Position numbers and translations under genes: made by a program. Positions 38,749-49,325 of a stretch of DNA of 64,000 nt are shown here, in pieces; positions within the stretch are counted from its first letter, which is position 1, and each line of letters begins with the position of its first letter. This DNA comes from Polyangiales bacterium. Lineage in GTDB: Bacteria > Myxococcota_A > Polyangia > Polyangiales > Ga0077539. Location of the stretch: positions 512,001 to 576,000 of the forward strand of contig JBGARZ010000002.1 in assembly GCA_044229975.1 (NCBI GenBank). The letters run 5' to 3'. The notes under the pieces are model-generated. The model ran no database searches. It was not told the DNA's origin and saw nothing but the letters and a program-made list of their open reading frames with translations.

Positions 38749-40470
38749 CCCCACCGACACCTCGGCCTCGACCCAGCCGACGCGGCACGCGCCGACCCGG
38801 ATGCGGAGCGTTCCGCGACCGCGCACCACCTGCTCCACGACGCGCGTCCCGAGGTTGCCTCGGCTGCGCTGGAAGAAGATCGACGCGTTGCCGAAGAGCC
38901 CGCGGCCCCACCCTTCGAGGTGACCGAGCGCGTGGCGCCCTTCGCCCCCCACCATCGAGACGCCGTCGCCGCGAAGGTCGAGCGACAAGGGCTCGTTGAA
39001 GGCGAGCTTCTTCGCCGAGGCGAGGCCCGCGGTGCCGAGGTACCCGTCATTGCGAACGGTCACCCGCACCAGCGTGTGGTCGCCTTCGAGGGGAACGGTC
39101 TCGACCGCGCCGATGGAGACCGAGGGCGCCAGCGCCGCGACGCGGAGGAAGGCTTGCGCGTGCTGTACGCAGACGCCGCCGAGGAGGTCGAAGGGCGGGT
39201 TCCAGATGCCGACGCGCGGGTCGACGCCGCCGATCTCCACGTCGCCGAGCTGCGGGTGCACCGTCGGTCGCCAGCGGCGGAAGATGCGCCCGGCGTTGCG
39301 GGCCTCGTCCCAGCGCGCGAGCGTGAGCAGGTCGTCGCGCGTGAGCTGGGTGTAGTGGTCGACGAAGGGCTTCTTGCGCGCGATGCCGAGCTGCTTGAAG
39401 AGGTCCCAGAGCTCGCAGACGTACGCGAGCGCGCCGCGCTGCTTGTAGGCGTAGTCGGTGAGGTCGCCGTGCAGGGGCTTGTCGGGCTGGTAGAGAAACT
39501 CCTCGTAGCCCGACACCATCGGATAGCCCGTGAGCGCCTCGCCCCACTGCCCGACCTGCCGGTAGATGGCGAGGTCTTCGACGTCCATCTTCGCGTCGGG
39601 CTCGTGCCCGGGTGGCCGGATGAACACCCCGCCGAAGGTGTGCAGGTTGAGCCACGCGAAGATCTCCGGATGGCGGCTCGCGTGCTCGACGACGGCGCGG
39701 CTCTCGGGCTCGCTCGTGGGGTGGGCGCCCGCTCCGGCCTGCTCGGGCTCGGGCATCCAGCTCCAGGGGAAGTTGCGGTTGAGGTCGGTGTCGTTGTCGT
39801 CGAGGAAGTGCGGCGACGGGACGTGGCGACCGTCGAAGTTCTCGATGAGCCCTTCGGGGTACACCTTGTAGAAGGGCCCCTCGTCGTCGATGGTGCGCGG
39901 CACCAGCAGGCCGGGGAAGTCCGCCGCGTCGACGTACTCGCCGCCCGGGTCGCGCACCCGCATGACCTGCGCGAGACCGTCGCCGTCGACGTCACAGGAG
40001 CGCCACCGCGCGTGCTGCTGGTTGGGCCGCCGGTCGCGCGGGTTGGAGCGCACGTAGCGACCGTCGGTGAGCACCGCCTCCGCGCCGTCGGGACACACCC
40101 GCGGGACGACGTGGAAGAGCACCTCCTTCAGCCGCGCGCACACGGCGGGCGAGAGGCGATGGACGGCGCCCTGGAGGTGCAGCCGGATGACGTCCTCGGC
40201 GATGGCCAGCGCCACGCTCGACCCGCACACCTCGGAGGCGTGCATGTTGCCGTCGACCCACACCGTCGGGCGCACCCGATCGGGCTCGGGGCCCACGATG
40301 AGGAGCCACAGGTCGCGCCCCTCCAACGAGCGCCCGATGGAGCGCAGCGTGACCAGCGAGGGGAAGGCCGCGGCCCAGGCGTGGAGTTGGGATTCGAGCT
40401 CGGCCTGCTTGAGGTACCGGCCGCGGAAGCCCTTGGAGACACCTTCGAGGCGAGCGATGTCGTCGTTCAT
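38734..40470 (-). CDS. M14 zinc carboxypeptidase
   Basis: IGRSLEGR, DGNMHASE (HxxE), PDGAE, DLNRNFP, SEPES, NLHTFGG. Confidence 0.92.
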   Translation of the reverse strand: MNDDIARLEGVSKGFRGRYLKQAELESQLHAWAAAFPSLVTLRSIGRSLEGRDLWLLIVGPEPDRVRPTVWVDGNMHASEVCGSSVALAIAEDVIRLHLQGAVHRLSPAVCARLKEVLFHVVPRVCPDGAEAVLTDGRYVRSNPRDRRPNQQHARWRSCDVDGDGLAQVMRVRDPGGEYVDAADFPGLLVPRTIDDEGPFYKVYPEGLIENFDGRHVPSPHFLDDNDTDLNRNFPWSWMPEPEQAGAGAHPTSEPESRAVVEHASRHPEIFAWLNLHTFGGVFIRPPGHEPDAKMDVEDLAIYRQVGQWGEALTGYPMVSGYEEFLYQPDKPLHGDLTDYAYKQRGALAYVCELWDLFKQLGIARKKPFVDHYTQLTRDDLLTLARWDEARNAGRIFRRWRPTVHPQLGDVEIGGVDPRVGIWNPPFDLLGGVCVQHAQAFLRVAALAPSVSIGAVETVPLEGDHTLVRVTVRNDGYLGTAGLASAKKLAFNEPLSLDLRGDGVSMVGGEGRHALGHLEGWGRGLFGNASIFFQRSRGNLGTRVVEQVVRGRGTLRIRVGACRVGWVEAEVSVGSGGQ

Positions 40471-40484
40471 GGGGCGGGTCTCCT

Positions 40485-41756
40485 TCACGGGTACCAGGTG
40501 GTCATGCCGAGGAGCAGCGTGTCCTGCTCGCGGGCGTTGGGGATGTAGGCGCCGTCCATGGACTGCATGACGTTGCCGCGGTGGAAGAGCGCGCCGTCGG
40601 ACTGATCGTGACGGTACTCCAGGCGCATCGACACGTTGGGGTGCGGACGCGCGTCGAGCGTCACGGTGCCGGAGCCCACCGTCGCCGCGCCGTCGAGGAA
40701 CATCCCGCTCGCCCCCTCGGGCACCACCTCGTGGAGGACGTCGGCGCGCACGGCCGCGTAGAGCCAGCGGGTGAGCTTCACGCGCCCATAGAGCGCGAGG
40801 CCCGCGAAGAGGCTGTCGCCGAAGCGGTTGCTCTCATAGCCGCCGAAGAAGTTGCCGCTCACCGAGAAGCGCTGGCCCAGCGGCCAGTGCAGCCACGCGT
40901 CGACGACGTGACGCGCGGCGGGACCCTCGGGCGCACCTTCGGGGCGCTCGACGCCGAGGCCGTACTGCACCGAGGCATAGCGCAGGGTTTCGAGGTCTTC
41001 CTCGTCGTTGTCGCGGCACCCCTCGCCTGTCGGGCGGCCCGCCCAGAACCACGTGAGGATGCCCGTCTTGCCGGGCGATCGGTCGTCGGTGATCTGGTCC
41101 CAGCCGTTGAAGACGCCGAGGGTGAGCTCGTGGCGGCAGTTGAGCGGAACCGTCACGCGAGCGCCCGCCACCTGCGACGGCGAGACGGCGAAGAGGTTGG
41201 AGGACGACCAGTTCCAGTTGTCGTGCACCGAGAGGTCTTCGATGGTGAAGGGCGCGACGTAGAGCCCCGCGTCGATGGTGACGCCGTGGCCCAGCGGCGT
41301 GCGCCACGCGACGGTGGCCTCCTGCACGATGCGCCACAGGAGGTCGCTCTCCAGCGAGCGCGTGGTCCCCTCGGGCGAGCCGATGGTCTCGGTGATGACG
41401 CCGGTCTGGAGCGCCACGCGGCCCGACACCGGGCCGAGCGCCCAGTCGGCGCTCAGCACGACGTTTTGCAGCGAGAGCAGGTCGTGGCGGCGGTCGTAGT
41501 AGCGCAGCTCGTTGGTGCCGCTCGAAGGGCGGTTGAAGTTGTACGAGTAGAAGGCCTCGATGTAGCCGCCGAAGCTCACCGAGCGCCCGCTGTCCCCCTC
41601 GGGCAACGGAGGAACGGCCTCCGGGCGGTTGGGCGTCGGCGGCGTGGCCGTCGGATCGGGCGGCGGCGCAGGCGGGCTCTGGGCGAGCGCCGTCGACTCC
41701 AGTGCACAGCAGATGGCCCACCCCCCGACGCCCACCAGCCCCCGTCGCACCGTCAT
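40485..41756 (-). CDS. Outer-membrane beta-barrel porin (BBP2/DUF1597-like)
   Basis: Signal peptide; GGYIEAFYSYNFNRP, NWNWSSSNLF, GVFNGWD, RLEYRHD. Confidence 0.8.
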   Translation of the reverse strand: MTVRRGLVGVGGWAICCALESTALAQSPPAPPPDPTATPPTPNRPEAVPPLPEGDSGRSVSFGGYIEAFYSYNFNRPSSGTNELRYYDRRHDLLSLQNVVLSADWALGPVSGRVALQTGVITETIGSPEGTTRSLESDLLWRIVQEATVAWRTPLGHGVTIDAGLYVAPFTIEDLSVHDNWNWSSSNLFAVSPSQVAGARVTVPLNCRHELTLGVFNGWDQITDDRSPGKTGILTWFWAGRPTGEGCRDNDEEDLETLRYASVQYGLGVERPEGAPEGPAARHVVDAWLHWPLGQRFSVSGNFFGGYESNRFGDSLFAGLALYGRVKLTRWLYAAVRADVLHEVVPEGASGMFLDGAATVGSGTVTLDARPHPNVSMRLEYRHDQSDGALFHRGNVMQSMDGAYIPNAREQDTLLLGMTTWYP

Positions 41757-41858
41757 CTCGCAACCACCTCGCGGCCGACTATCGCCCACCCACGCGACGC
41801 GATGGAACTCCCTTCGCTCGTTGACAACCTCTCCGTCGCCCACGAAGCATCGCGGACC

Positions 41859-43391
41859 ATGAGAGTCCCGCTGGCGTTGTGCGTCGCCCTCCTCGGCTCG
41901 CTGTTCGCGACGGTAGCCGGTGCGCAGGTGATGCAGCCCGACGGGACGGTGGTGCCGCTGCCCGCCGACGCGCCGTCTCCCTCGTTGCAGGAGTACCTCA
42001 ACCGCCGATCGGAGACGGGCCTCGACGTGGTCCGCGACGCCGCGGTGACGCCCGAGCGCTTCGTACCGGGCTGCTCGATCCGCTTTACCGTCGTCGCGCG
42101 CGACTCGGGCTATCAGAACTCCTTCGGCTGGTACAACGTCACGCCCGGCAGCGCTCCCGCCGCGAGCGACCTCCACGAGCTCGTCGGGCCGTTGGCGGCC
42201 GAGGGCTTCACGGCGACGCTCGACTTCCGCACCAACCCCGACTGGCGCGGCGGCGAGATCGGCTTCTACCTCAGCACGCCGCAGCCCTACGTCTACTACT
42301 CGGAGCGGGCCTACCAGCCCGACCGCGACGTCTCCGGCGGCTTCGTGCACCTGCTCATCTACGACTCGCGCGCCACCGCCAACGCCTTCTATTTCGCCTG
42401 GGAAGACCTGTTCAACGGCGGCGACAACGACTTCCAGGACCTCCTGATGATCGTCGACAACCTCGTGTGCGCGGGCGGCGGCGACCGCTGCGACACGGGC
42501 GAGCGCGGGGCGTGCGCGGCGGGCATCCGGCAGTGCCGCAGCGGCGCGCTGGCGTGCGTGCGCTCGACGGGCCCGTCGCCCGAACGCTGCGACGGCGTCG
42601 ACAACGACTGCGACGGCATGGTGGACAACGGCGACGGGCTCTGCGGCGTTCGCAACGTGTGCGACCGCGGCGTGTGTCTGGAGCGCTGCACCCAGGAGCT
42701 CGGCTGCGGCTCGGGCTTCACCTGCTCCGACCGCGGAACCTGCGTCGAAGACGCCTGCGCCACCATGACGTGCCCCGACGGTCGCGTGTGCCGCGAGGGG
42801 ATGTGCCGCGCGCCGTGTGAGGGCGTGACGTGTCCGCACGGACAGGAGTGCCGCGTCGGGCGTTGCGTGGAGCCCTGCGTGGGTCTCACATGCGAGGGCG
42901 ATCAGGTGTGCGTGGAGGGCGTCTGCCAGACGCGGTGCCCGTGCCGACGATGCGCGGCGGGCGAATCGTGCTTCACCGACGGACGCTGCCGACCGACGGC
43001 GTGCGCGACGGTGAGCTGCCCGGAGGGGTTCTATTGCGCGGAGGGCGCGTGTCGCGACGCGTGCATGGGCGCGGTGTGTCCGGGCGGCGGCGTGTGTACG
43101 GCGGGGCAATGCGGCGCACCGCCGGTCGTCGACGCCGGGGTGCGGGCGGACGCGAGCCTGCCGCCGAGGGACAGCGGCGCGACGGGCCTCGACGCGGGAC
43201 GCGCGGATGCGGGACGTGATGCCGGGGTGCGGGACGTCTTCGTGATGGACACGGACTTCATCGTCGAAGAGCAGGAGGGCAACTGCTCGTGCAGCGCGCC
43301 CGGTGTTGCGGTAGGCGGGCGGGGCGGGTGGGCGCTGGGCATCGCGGCGCTGCTGGGCGCGCGGCGGCGGAGACGTCAGGCGCGGGCGTGA
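41859..43391 (+). CDS. MYXO-CTERM surface protein: DUF4114-like domain + Cys-rich repeats
   Basis: Signal peptide; GYQNSFGWY, FAWEDL..GGDNDFQDL; CDGVDNDCDG motif; many C-x5-C repeats; C-terminal NCSCSAPG-hydrophobic-RRRRR. Confidence 0.88.
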   Translation: MRVPLALCVALLGSLFATVAGAQVMQPDGTVVPLPADAPSPSLQEYLNRRSETGLDVVRDAAVTPERFVPGCSIRFTVVARDSGYQNSFGWYNVTPGSAPAASDLHELVGPLAAEGFTATLDFRTNPDWRGGEIGFYLSTPQPYVYYSERAYQPDRDVSGGFVHLLIYDSRATANAFYFAWEDLFNGGDNDFQDLLMIVDNLVCAGGGDRCDTGERGACAAGIRQCRSGALACVRSTGPSPERCDGVDNDCDGMVDNGDGLCGVRNVCDRGVCLERCTQELGCGSGFTCSDRGTCVEDACATMTCPDGRVCREGMCRAPCEGVTCPHGQECRVGRCVEPCVGLTCEGDQVCVEGVCQTRCPCRRCAAGESCFTDGRCRPTACATVSCPEGFYCAEGACRDACMGAVCPGGGVCTAGQCGAPPVVDAGVRADASLPPRDSGATGLDAGRADAGRDAGVRDVFVMDTDFIVEEQEGNCSCSAPGVAVGGRGGWALGIAALLGARRRRRQARA

Positions 43392-43816
43392 TGGTGGTGA
43401 TGGTGCCGCCGGTGATGGTGCCGGTGGTGACGGGCGCGCGGGCCCGGCGTGACCACGACCGGCGTGGTGGCGGTGGGTTCGACCGGTGACGCGGGCGCGG
43501 CCTGCGGCGCGGCGACGACGTCGCGCGGAGAGACGCTGGCGAGGCGGGCGTCGAGGTCGGCCACGCGGGTGACGGTGGCCTCGGCCTCGGCGGACGTCTG
43601 CTGAACGATCACCCCGGCACCGACCATCGCCCCGAGCAGGATCATCGTGGCCGCGACGGCGCCCGAGAGGTGCGCCACGGCGCCGCGCCAGCGGGACGCG
43701 GTCGGATCGACGAGCTCACGGAGGTGATCGTTTTCCGCGCGGAGGAGATCGTTCTCGCGCTGGAGGGTAGCGGCCAGGGCCAGGGCGGCGGCGCGGTCAT
43801 CGCAGTAGGCACGCAT
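43376..43816 (-). CDS. Small membrane protein with coiled coil and His/Arg-rich tail
   Basis: LQRENDLLRAENDHLREL, one TM segment, C-terminal HHRHHHRRHHHHH. Confidence 0.6.
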   Translation of the reverse strand: MRAYCDDRAAALALAATLQRENDLLRAENDHLRELVDPTASRWRGAVAHLSGAVAATMILLGAMVGAGVIVQQTSAEAEATVTRVADLDARLASVSPRDVVAAPQAAPASPVEPTATTPVVVTPGPRARHHRHHHRRHHHHHHARA

Positions 43817-43877
43817 GAGGGGCGCGATCGTACACCCGCGACCGCGACGGAAGTCCAGCGCGGCGGGCCCGCGGCGA

Positions 43878-44783
43878 TCAGCCGAGCGCGAGCCCGATGG
43901 CAGTGAGCACCGAGTGCAGCAGCAGCGACCCGGCCGTTGCGCCGAGCACCGGGTTGAGCGGGCGACCCTCGACGGTGGCGACCTTGCGCGAGAGCACGAC
44001 GGCCAACGGAGCGGTGAGCAGCGGGAGCAGCATCCACGGGGAGTGCCGCACGACCGCGAGCGCGACCGGGACGGCGAGGGCCGCGACCCAGCAGGCGACG
44101 TACTCCGCGACGCCGAAGCGGCGACCGAAGCGGACGACCACGGTGCGCTTGCCGACGCGGACGTCGGTGGTGTGATCGCGCACGTTGTTGACGACGAGCA
44201 CCGCGGTGGCGAGGGCGCCGACGGGCACCGACAGCGCGAGCGCGAGCGACGGCACCGACCCGAGCGCCACGAAGGCCGTCCCGCACACCGCGACCACCCC
44301 GAAGAACGCGAACACGAACACGTCGCCGAGCCCGTTGTACCCAAGCGGATACGGCCCGCCGGTGTACGCGACGCCCGACGCAATGGACGCCACGCCGATG
44401 GCCACGATGGGCCAGCCCGCGACGGCGGTGAGGTACACGCCCGCGGCGGTGGCGAGCGCGAAGGAGACGACCATCCCGGCGCGCACCTGCGACGGCGTGA
44501 GCAGCCCCGCCTGGGTGACCCTCGTGGGCCCGAGCCGGTCGGCGGTGTCGGCGCCCTTCTCGTAGTCGAACACGTCGTTGGCGAGGTTGGTCCCCACCTG
44601 GATGAACATCGCGCCCAGCAGCGCAGCCAGCACCGCGCCCCAGCGATAGCCGACGCCGCCCGAAGCGCGCCACGCCGCGGCCGCACCGACGAGCACGGGC
44701 GAGAGCGCGGCGGTGAGCGTGGCGGGGCGCGTCGCCAGCAACCACACCCGCGGCAGCGACGGGGTCTCGACCGCGGCGTCCAT
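43878..44783 (-). CDS. menA: 1,4-dihydroxy-2-naphthoate polyprenyltransferase
   Basis: [58 protein letters not shown]. Confidence 0.95.
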   Translation of the reverse strand: MDAAVETPSLPRVWLLATRPATLTAALSPVLVGAAAAWRASGGVGYRWGAVLAALLGAMFIQVGTNLANDVFDYEKGADTADRLGPTRVTQAGLLTPSQVRAGMVVSFALATAAGVYLTAVAGWPIVAIGVASIASGVAYTGGPYPLGYNGLGDVFVFAFFGVVAVCGTAFVALGSVPSLALALSVPVGALATAVLVVNNVRDHTTDVRVGKRTVVVRFGRRFGVAEYVACWVAALAVPVALAVVRHSPWMLLPLLTAPLAVVLSRKVATVEGRPLNPVLGATAGSLLLHSVLTAIGLALG

Positions 44784-45502
44784 CAGTCGCGAACGCCGAC
44801 GTAGAGATGCACCACGCCGAAGGTCATGGGCTCGGCGCGCTCCACGCGAAGCCCCGCCTCGCGCATGGTCTGCGCGAACTGCTCGGCCGGGGGAAAGGCC
44901 GCGATGGAGCGCTGGAGGTAGCGGTACTCCCAGGTTCCGGAGAGGAGGGCGCCGAGGGTCGGGACGACGTGGTGGATGTGCACCCGCGCCATGGTGGCGA
45001 GCAGTCCCTGCTTGGGCTCGCTGAGCTCAAGAATGGCGACACGACCGCCGGGCTTGAGCACCCGCGCCATCTCGCGAAGCGCCGCGGGTCGGTCGACCAC
45101 ATTGCGGATGCCGAAGGCCATGGAGACGCCGTCGACCGACGCATCGGCCGCGTCGAGCTTCTCGGCGTCGCCGCGCTGCAAGGTCACGCGCTCGGCGAGC
45201 CCGGCGGCGGCGATCTTGCGGTCACCCTGGGCGAGCATCCCGGTGGATGGGTCCACGCCCACCACGGTCACGTCAGGGTGGCGACGCGCGATCATCATGG
45301 CGAGGTCGGCGGTGCCCGTCGCGAGGTCGAGCACCCGCGCGCCCGGCTTGAGTTCGAGCGAATCCACCGTGCGACGGCGCCATCGCTGGTCGATGCCCAG
45401 CGAGATGATGCGGTTCATGAAGTCGTACCGGGCGGCGATGCGGTCGAACATCTCTCCGCTGCCGCCGCGCGGATCAACCGCCAGGGTCTTCACCTCGCTC
45501 AT
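44783..45502 (-). CDS. menG: Demethylmenaquinone methyltransferase (UbiE/MenG)
   Basis: [55 protein letters not shown]. Confidence 0.95.
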   Translation of the reverse strand: MSEVKTLAVDPRGGSGEMFDRIAARYDFMNRIISLGIDQRWRRRTVDSLELKPGARVLDLATGTADLAMMIARRHPDVTVVGVDPSTGMLAQGDRKIAAAGLAERVTLQRGDAEKLDAADASVDGVSMAFGIRNVVDRPAALREMARVLKPGGRVAILELSEPKQGLLATMARVHIHHVVPTLGALLSGTWEYRYLQRSIAAFPPAEQFAQTMREAGLRVERAEPMTFGVVHLYVGVRD

Positions 45503-46677
45503 GGCGCACCTCCGTGACCTTCGCCGCCTTCGGACTTCCGATGGTGCAGTCGCATGTGTCCGTGCTGGATGCCCTCCGCCGCCAGCGCCCGCAGCGCCGC
45601 CAGGTTGGACGCGAGGCCGACGCTCGCCAGCACCACGGAGAGCTGCCGCGCGTCGCTCACGCGGACGAGATCGAAGGCCGCGCGCACGCCCGCGTGGGCC
45701 CGCGTCGAGCCGCCGACGGTGCCCACCGCGAGCGGGAGTTCGGCCTCGCCGCGCAGGCCGCCGGGGATGCGCTTCCAGGTGCTGATGGGGCGGTAGCCGC
45801 CACCCGTCGCGGCCCACGCGTGCGCGCCTGCTTCGATGGAGCGCCAGTCCTGGCCCAGCGCCAGGGCGGCGGCGTCGAGGCCGTTCATGAAGCCCTTGTT
45901 GTGCGTGACGGCGCGGTACGGATCGAGCGACGCGAAGCGGCTCGCCCGCGCGATGCCGTCGGCGACGGCTGGGCCGCCCAGCATCGCGTCGCTCACCTCG
46001 GCATGAACGCTCACCCGCCGCCGGGACGGCAGGTTGCTCAGGATGCGGAGACCGATGATGCCGCCGATGAGCTCGTGCAGCGCCGGCGCCATCGCCTCGG
46101 CCACCGTGTCGACGGTGTTGGCGCCCATCGCGTCGCCGACGTCGACGTAGACGTGCACGACGACCACCCCTTCGGCGGCGTCGAGCACCCGCACGTCGAG
46201 GTCGCGGCACCCGAGGCCCCGCTCGACCATGCGCGGGATGGACTCGTCGCCGAGCTTGAGCAGCATGGCGCGGTGGGCCATCACCCGCGCCGCGGCCCCG
46301 TCGGTGTCGGGCGCGCCGTCGAACTGCACCTGCGCCGTCATGATGGACGCCGTCGCGTGTCCGAAGAACCCGCCCGACTCGCGCACCATGCGCGCCGCGT
46401 TGGAGGCTGCGGCCACCACGGACGCCTCCTCGACCGCCATCGGCACGACGTGGTCGACGCCGTTGACGAGGAAGTTGAGCGCGACGCCGAGAGGGAGACC
46501 GTGCACGCCGATGACGTTTTCGCTCATGCGGTCGGCCGCTTCGAGCGTGAGCCCGCCGCCGCCCGACAAGAACGCGCGCGCCTCGTCGCCGACGGGCGCG
46601 TGCCGGTCGAGCGAGTCGAGGCGCTCGCGCACCGAGCCGCGGTAGAAGCCGCTGATCCTGCTGGTGTAGTCGCCCAT
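45499..46677 (-). CDS. mvaA: Class II hydroxymethylglutaryl-CoA reductase
   Basis: ENVIG, PMAVEEASVVAAAS, DAMGAN, THNKG, GQDWR, GTVGG, EGIQHGHM. Confidence 0.95.
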   Translation of the reverse strand: MGDYTSRISGFYRGSVRERLDSLDRHAPVGDEARAFLSGGGGLTLEAADRMSENVIGVHGLPLGVALNFLVNGVDHVVPMAVEEASVVAAASNAARMVRESGGFFGHATASIMTAQVQFDGAPDTDGAAARVMAHRAMLLKLGDESIPRMVERGLGCRDLDVRVLDAAEGVVVVHVYVDVGDAMGANTVDTVAEAMAPALHELIGGIIGLRILSNLPSRRRVSVHAEVSDAMLGGPAVADGIARASRFASLDPYRAVTHNKGFMNGLDAAALALGQDWRSIEAGAHAWAATGGGYRPISTWKRIPGGLRGEAELPLAVGTVGGSTRAHAGVRAAFDLVRVSDARQLSVVLASVGLASNLAALRALAAEGIQHGHMRLHHRKSEGGEGHGGAP

Positions 46678-46690
46678 GGCTTTCCCCCTC

Positions 46691-47677
46691 TCAGGCTTCC
46701 GCGGCGCCCGCGCCGAGCGAGGCCATGAGCGCACTGAAGTCCGCCGGGAGCAGCGCTTGCGGACCATCCGACAACGCGCGTCCCGGATCGTCGTGGGTCT
46801 CCAGCATGACCCCGGCCGCACCCGCCGCCAACGCCGCCCTCGCGAGCGGCAACACAAGGTCGCGCCGCCCCGTGGCGTGCGACGGGTCGACCACCACCGG
46901 CAACCGGTGAACGTGCGCCAGCAGCGCCACCGCCCCGAGGTCGAGCAGGTTGCGCGTCGCCCCGTCGAAGCCGCGGATGCCGCGCTCGCAGTAGATGACC
47001 CCGGCTGCGCCGTGTTCGAGGAGGTACTCGCCCGCGAGCAGCCACTCCTCCACCGTGGCGCTCATGGCGCGCTTGAGCAGCGCCGGGCGCCCGGAGCGTC
47101 CGATGGCCTTGAGGAGCGAGAAGTTCTGCATGTTGCGCGAGCCCACCTGGAGGAGGTCGGCGTACTCGGCCACCAGCGGAACATCGGCCTCGCCGAGCGC
47201 CTCGGTCACCACGCGCAGCCCGTGTTGGTCGGCCGCGCGACGCATCCACCGGAGGGCCACCTCACCGTGACCCTGGAAGGCGTACGGCGACGACCTCGGC
47301 TTGAACGCTCCACCCCGCAAGAAGCGCGCGCCATCCGCGGCGACGCGCGCCGCGACCGCTTCGATCTGCGCCTCGGACTCCACCGCGCAGGGCCCGGCCA
47401 TCACCACGCGCGAGGCGCCGCCGATCTCGACGCCGCGCACCGACACCGTGGCCGGCGCGGCATCCACCTTCGGGTGCGCGGAGGCAGGCGCGACCACCGA
47501 GGCGACGCCCGGGATGCGCATGAGCTCGGAGGCGGCGACGGCCGACGAGGCCGCCGCGACCGAGAAGTGACTGACCCGGCGCTGATCGTCGTGGAGCGCC
47601 GTGACCCACAGCCCCGCGGCGACGAGCGCGCGCTTGACCTGATCGGTGTCCGCACCTGGAGAGAGCTGGATGATCAT
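46691..47677 (-). CDS. aroF: DAHP synthase (type I-beta) with short N-terminal regulatory domain
   Basis: [53 protein letters not shown]. Confidence 0.95.
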   Translation of the reverse strand: MIIQLSPGADTDQVKRALVAAGLWVTALHDDQRRVSHFSVAAASSAVAASELMRIPGVASVVAPASAHPKVDAAPATVSVRGVEIGGASRVVMAGPCAVESEAQIEAVAARVAADGARFLRGGAFKPRSSPYAFQGHGEVALRWMRRAADQHGLRVVTEALGEADVPLVAEYADLLQVGSRNMQNFSLLKAIGRSGRPALLKRAMSATVEEWLLAGEYLLEHGAAGVIYCERGIRGFDGATRNLLDLGAVALLAHVHRLPVVVDPSHATGRRDLVLPLARAALAAGAAGVMLETHDDPGRALSDGPQALLPADFSALMASLGAGAAEA

Positions 47678-47694
47678 CTCGTTGAACCTCCCGA

Positions 47695-48756
47695 CTACTT
47701 CTTCCGATGCACGAGGGCGCCCGCCACGTCGCTGAGCGCGCTGCGAGCCTGGCCCGCGGGCACGGCCTCCAGGCACCCGAGGGCCTCGTCCGACAGCGAC
47801 CTTGCCAGCGCCCTCGCGTCCGTCGTCGCGCCCGTGTCACGCAGCGCCGCGGAGACACGCGCCGCCAGCGACTCGTCGACCACCACGCTCGCATCGGCGA
47901 CGACCCCACGGAGCCACTCACCGAAGGCCGCGTCGCGCTCGACTGCGAGGAGCAGCGGGTACGTCAGCTTGCCCTCGCGCAGATCGCCGAACAGCGCCTT
48001 GCCCACGACGCCCGCGTCACCCGACACGTCGAGCACGTCGTCCATCACCTGGAAGGCCACGCCCACGAGGCGGCCGTAGCGCTCCAGCGCCTCGCACGCC
48101 CGAGCGTCGAGCCCGCCCGCCCGCGCCCCGGCGAGCATGGCCCAGCGGAAGAGCGAGGCCGTCTTGCCCTCGACCACCTCGAAGTACGACGCGCGCGCCG
48201 GGACGGTGCCGCGGAGCGCGAGCTGCAACGCCTCGGCGCCGAGCATCTGGTCGAGGGTGTCGAGCGCGCGGTCGAGCAGGTCGCCGTGACCCGTCGAGCG
48301 GATGCGACGCAGCGCTTCGACCAGCAGCCAGTCGCCCGCGTACACCGAGGCGATGTTGCCGTAGACCACGCGCGACGTGGGCGCCCCGCGGCGGCGGTCG
48401 CCGAGGTCGACCACGTCGTCGTGGAGGAGCGTGGCGCTGTGCACGAGCTCAGCGGCGACGGCGAGGTCGCGGGCCGCGCGGTCGAAGCCGGTGCCCGCGC
48501 GAGCGGCGAGGGCCACGCAGAGCGGGCGCAGTCGCTTGCCGCCGAGGTCGAGCAGGTGGCGCGCGGCGCCGTGCATGGGCGTGGCGCCCGGCTCGATGGA
48601 GGCGAGCGCGGCGTCGACCTCAACGAGGTCGGAGGCGATCCACAGGCGGAGCTCGGCGAGGCGAGAGGTGAGCCCGTCGTCGACGTGCGCGGCGGTGACC
48701 TCCTCGACGCGGCGTAGCGTTCCCGCGATGGCCTTGGTGTTGAGCTGGGTGTTCAT
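47695..48756 (-). CDS. Long-chain polyprenyl diphosphate synthase
   Basis: GGKRLRP, first DDxxD motif [12 protein letters not shown] with small residues upstream, GKTASLF, second motif [17 protein letters not shown]. Confidence 0.93.
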   Translation of the reverse strand: MNTQLNTKAIAGTLRRVEEVTAAHVDDGLTSRLAELRLWIASDLVEVDAALASIEPGATPMHGAARHLLDLGGKRLRPLCVALAARAGTGFDRAARDLAVAAELVHSATLLHDDVVDLGDRRRGAPTSRVVYGNIASVYAGDWLLVEALRRIRSTGHGDLLDRALDTLDQMLGAEALQLALRGTVPARASYFEVVEGKTASLFRWAMLAGARAGGLDARACEALERYGRLVGVAFQVMDDVLDVSGDAGVVGKALFGDLREGKLTYPLLLAVERDAAFGEWLRGVVADASVVVDESLAARVSAALRDTGATTDARALARSLSDEALGCLEAVPAGQARSALSDVAGALVHRKK

Positions 48757-49316
48757 CCCTTGCGACCCTTCCCCACCGCGGCCGCGGTGACCTGACGACC
48801 CAGCGCCAGGAGGTTTCCGAAGTCTCCGAAGTCCGCCCGGCGCGACGCCAGGAAGGACTCGATCACCGTCTCCGCCATCGTCGCGAACGCCATCAAGCGA
48901 TTGAGCCGCTCGACCTTCGCGCGCGCCGCCGACCCGCTGGAGGTTCGCTTGAGCACCGTCTGCGCCCGGTTGAGCCGCTCGCGCACGCTCACGGCCAGGA
49001 AGCGCTCGCGCTCGTGGACCACCTTGGAAATCATCTTCCAGAAGTCCGTCTCGGCCTCGAAGAAGTCCTTGCGCTCGCCGGGCACCCACACCTTGCGGAT
49101 GACCCCCCACCGCTGGAGCTCGGTGAGCGTCATGCTCACCGCCCCCGCCGACATCTGGAGGCGCTCGCCCAGATCGGCCGCCGCGAGCGCGTCGCCGTGG
49201 AGGTAGAGCACCGTCCACGCGCGCCCGAGGGCCTTGCGAAAGCCCCAATGCTCGATGACGTCGCCGATCGCGTCGGCGGCCAGCAGCTCGGCCTCTGTCT
49301 CGGTGGTGGGCTCCAT
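48753..49316 (-). CDS. GbsR/MarR-family transcriptional regulator
   Basis: WGF..ALGRAWTVLYL, L.MSAGAVSMTLTELQRWGVI, GERKDFFEAETDFW. Start placed at ATG 49316, downstream of the operator. Confidence 0.9.
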   Translation of the reverse strand: MEPTTETEAELLAADAIGDVIEHWGFRKALGRAWTVLYLHGDALAAADLGERLQMSAGAVSMTLTELQRWGVIRKVWVPGERKDFFEAETDFWKMISKVVHERERFLAVSVRERLNRAQTVLKRTSSGSAARAKVERLNRLMAFATMAETVIESFLASRRADFGDFGNLLALGRQVTAAAVGKGRKG

Positions 49317-49325
49317 CGTCGCCTC

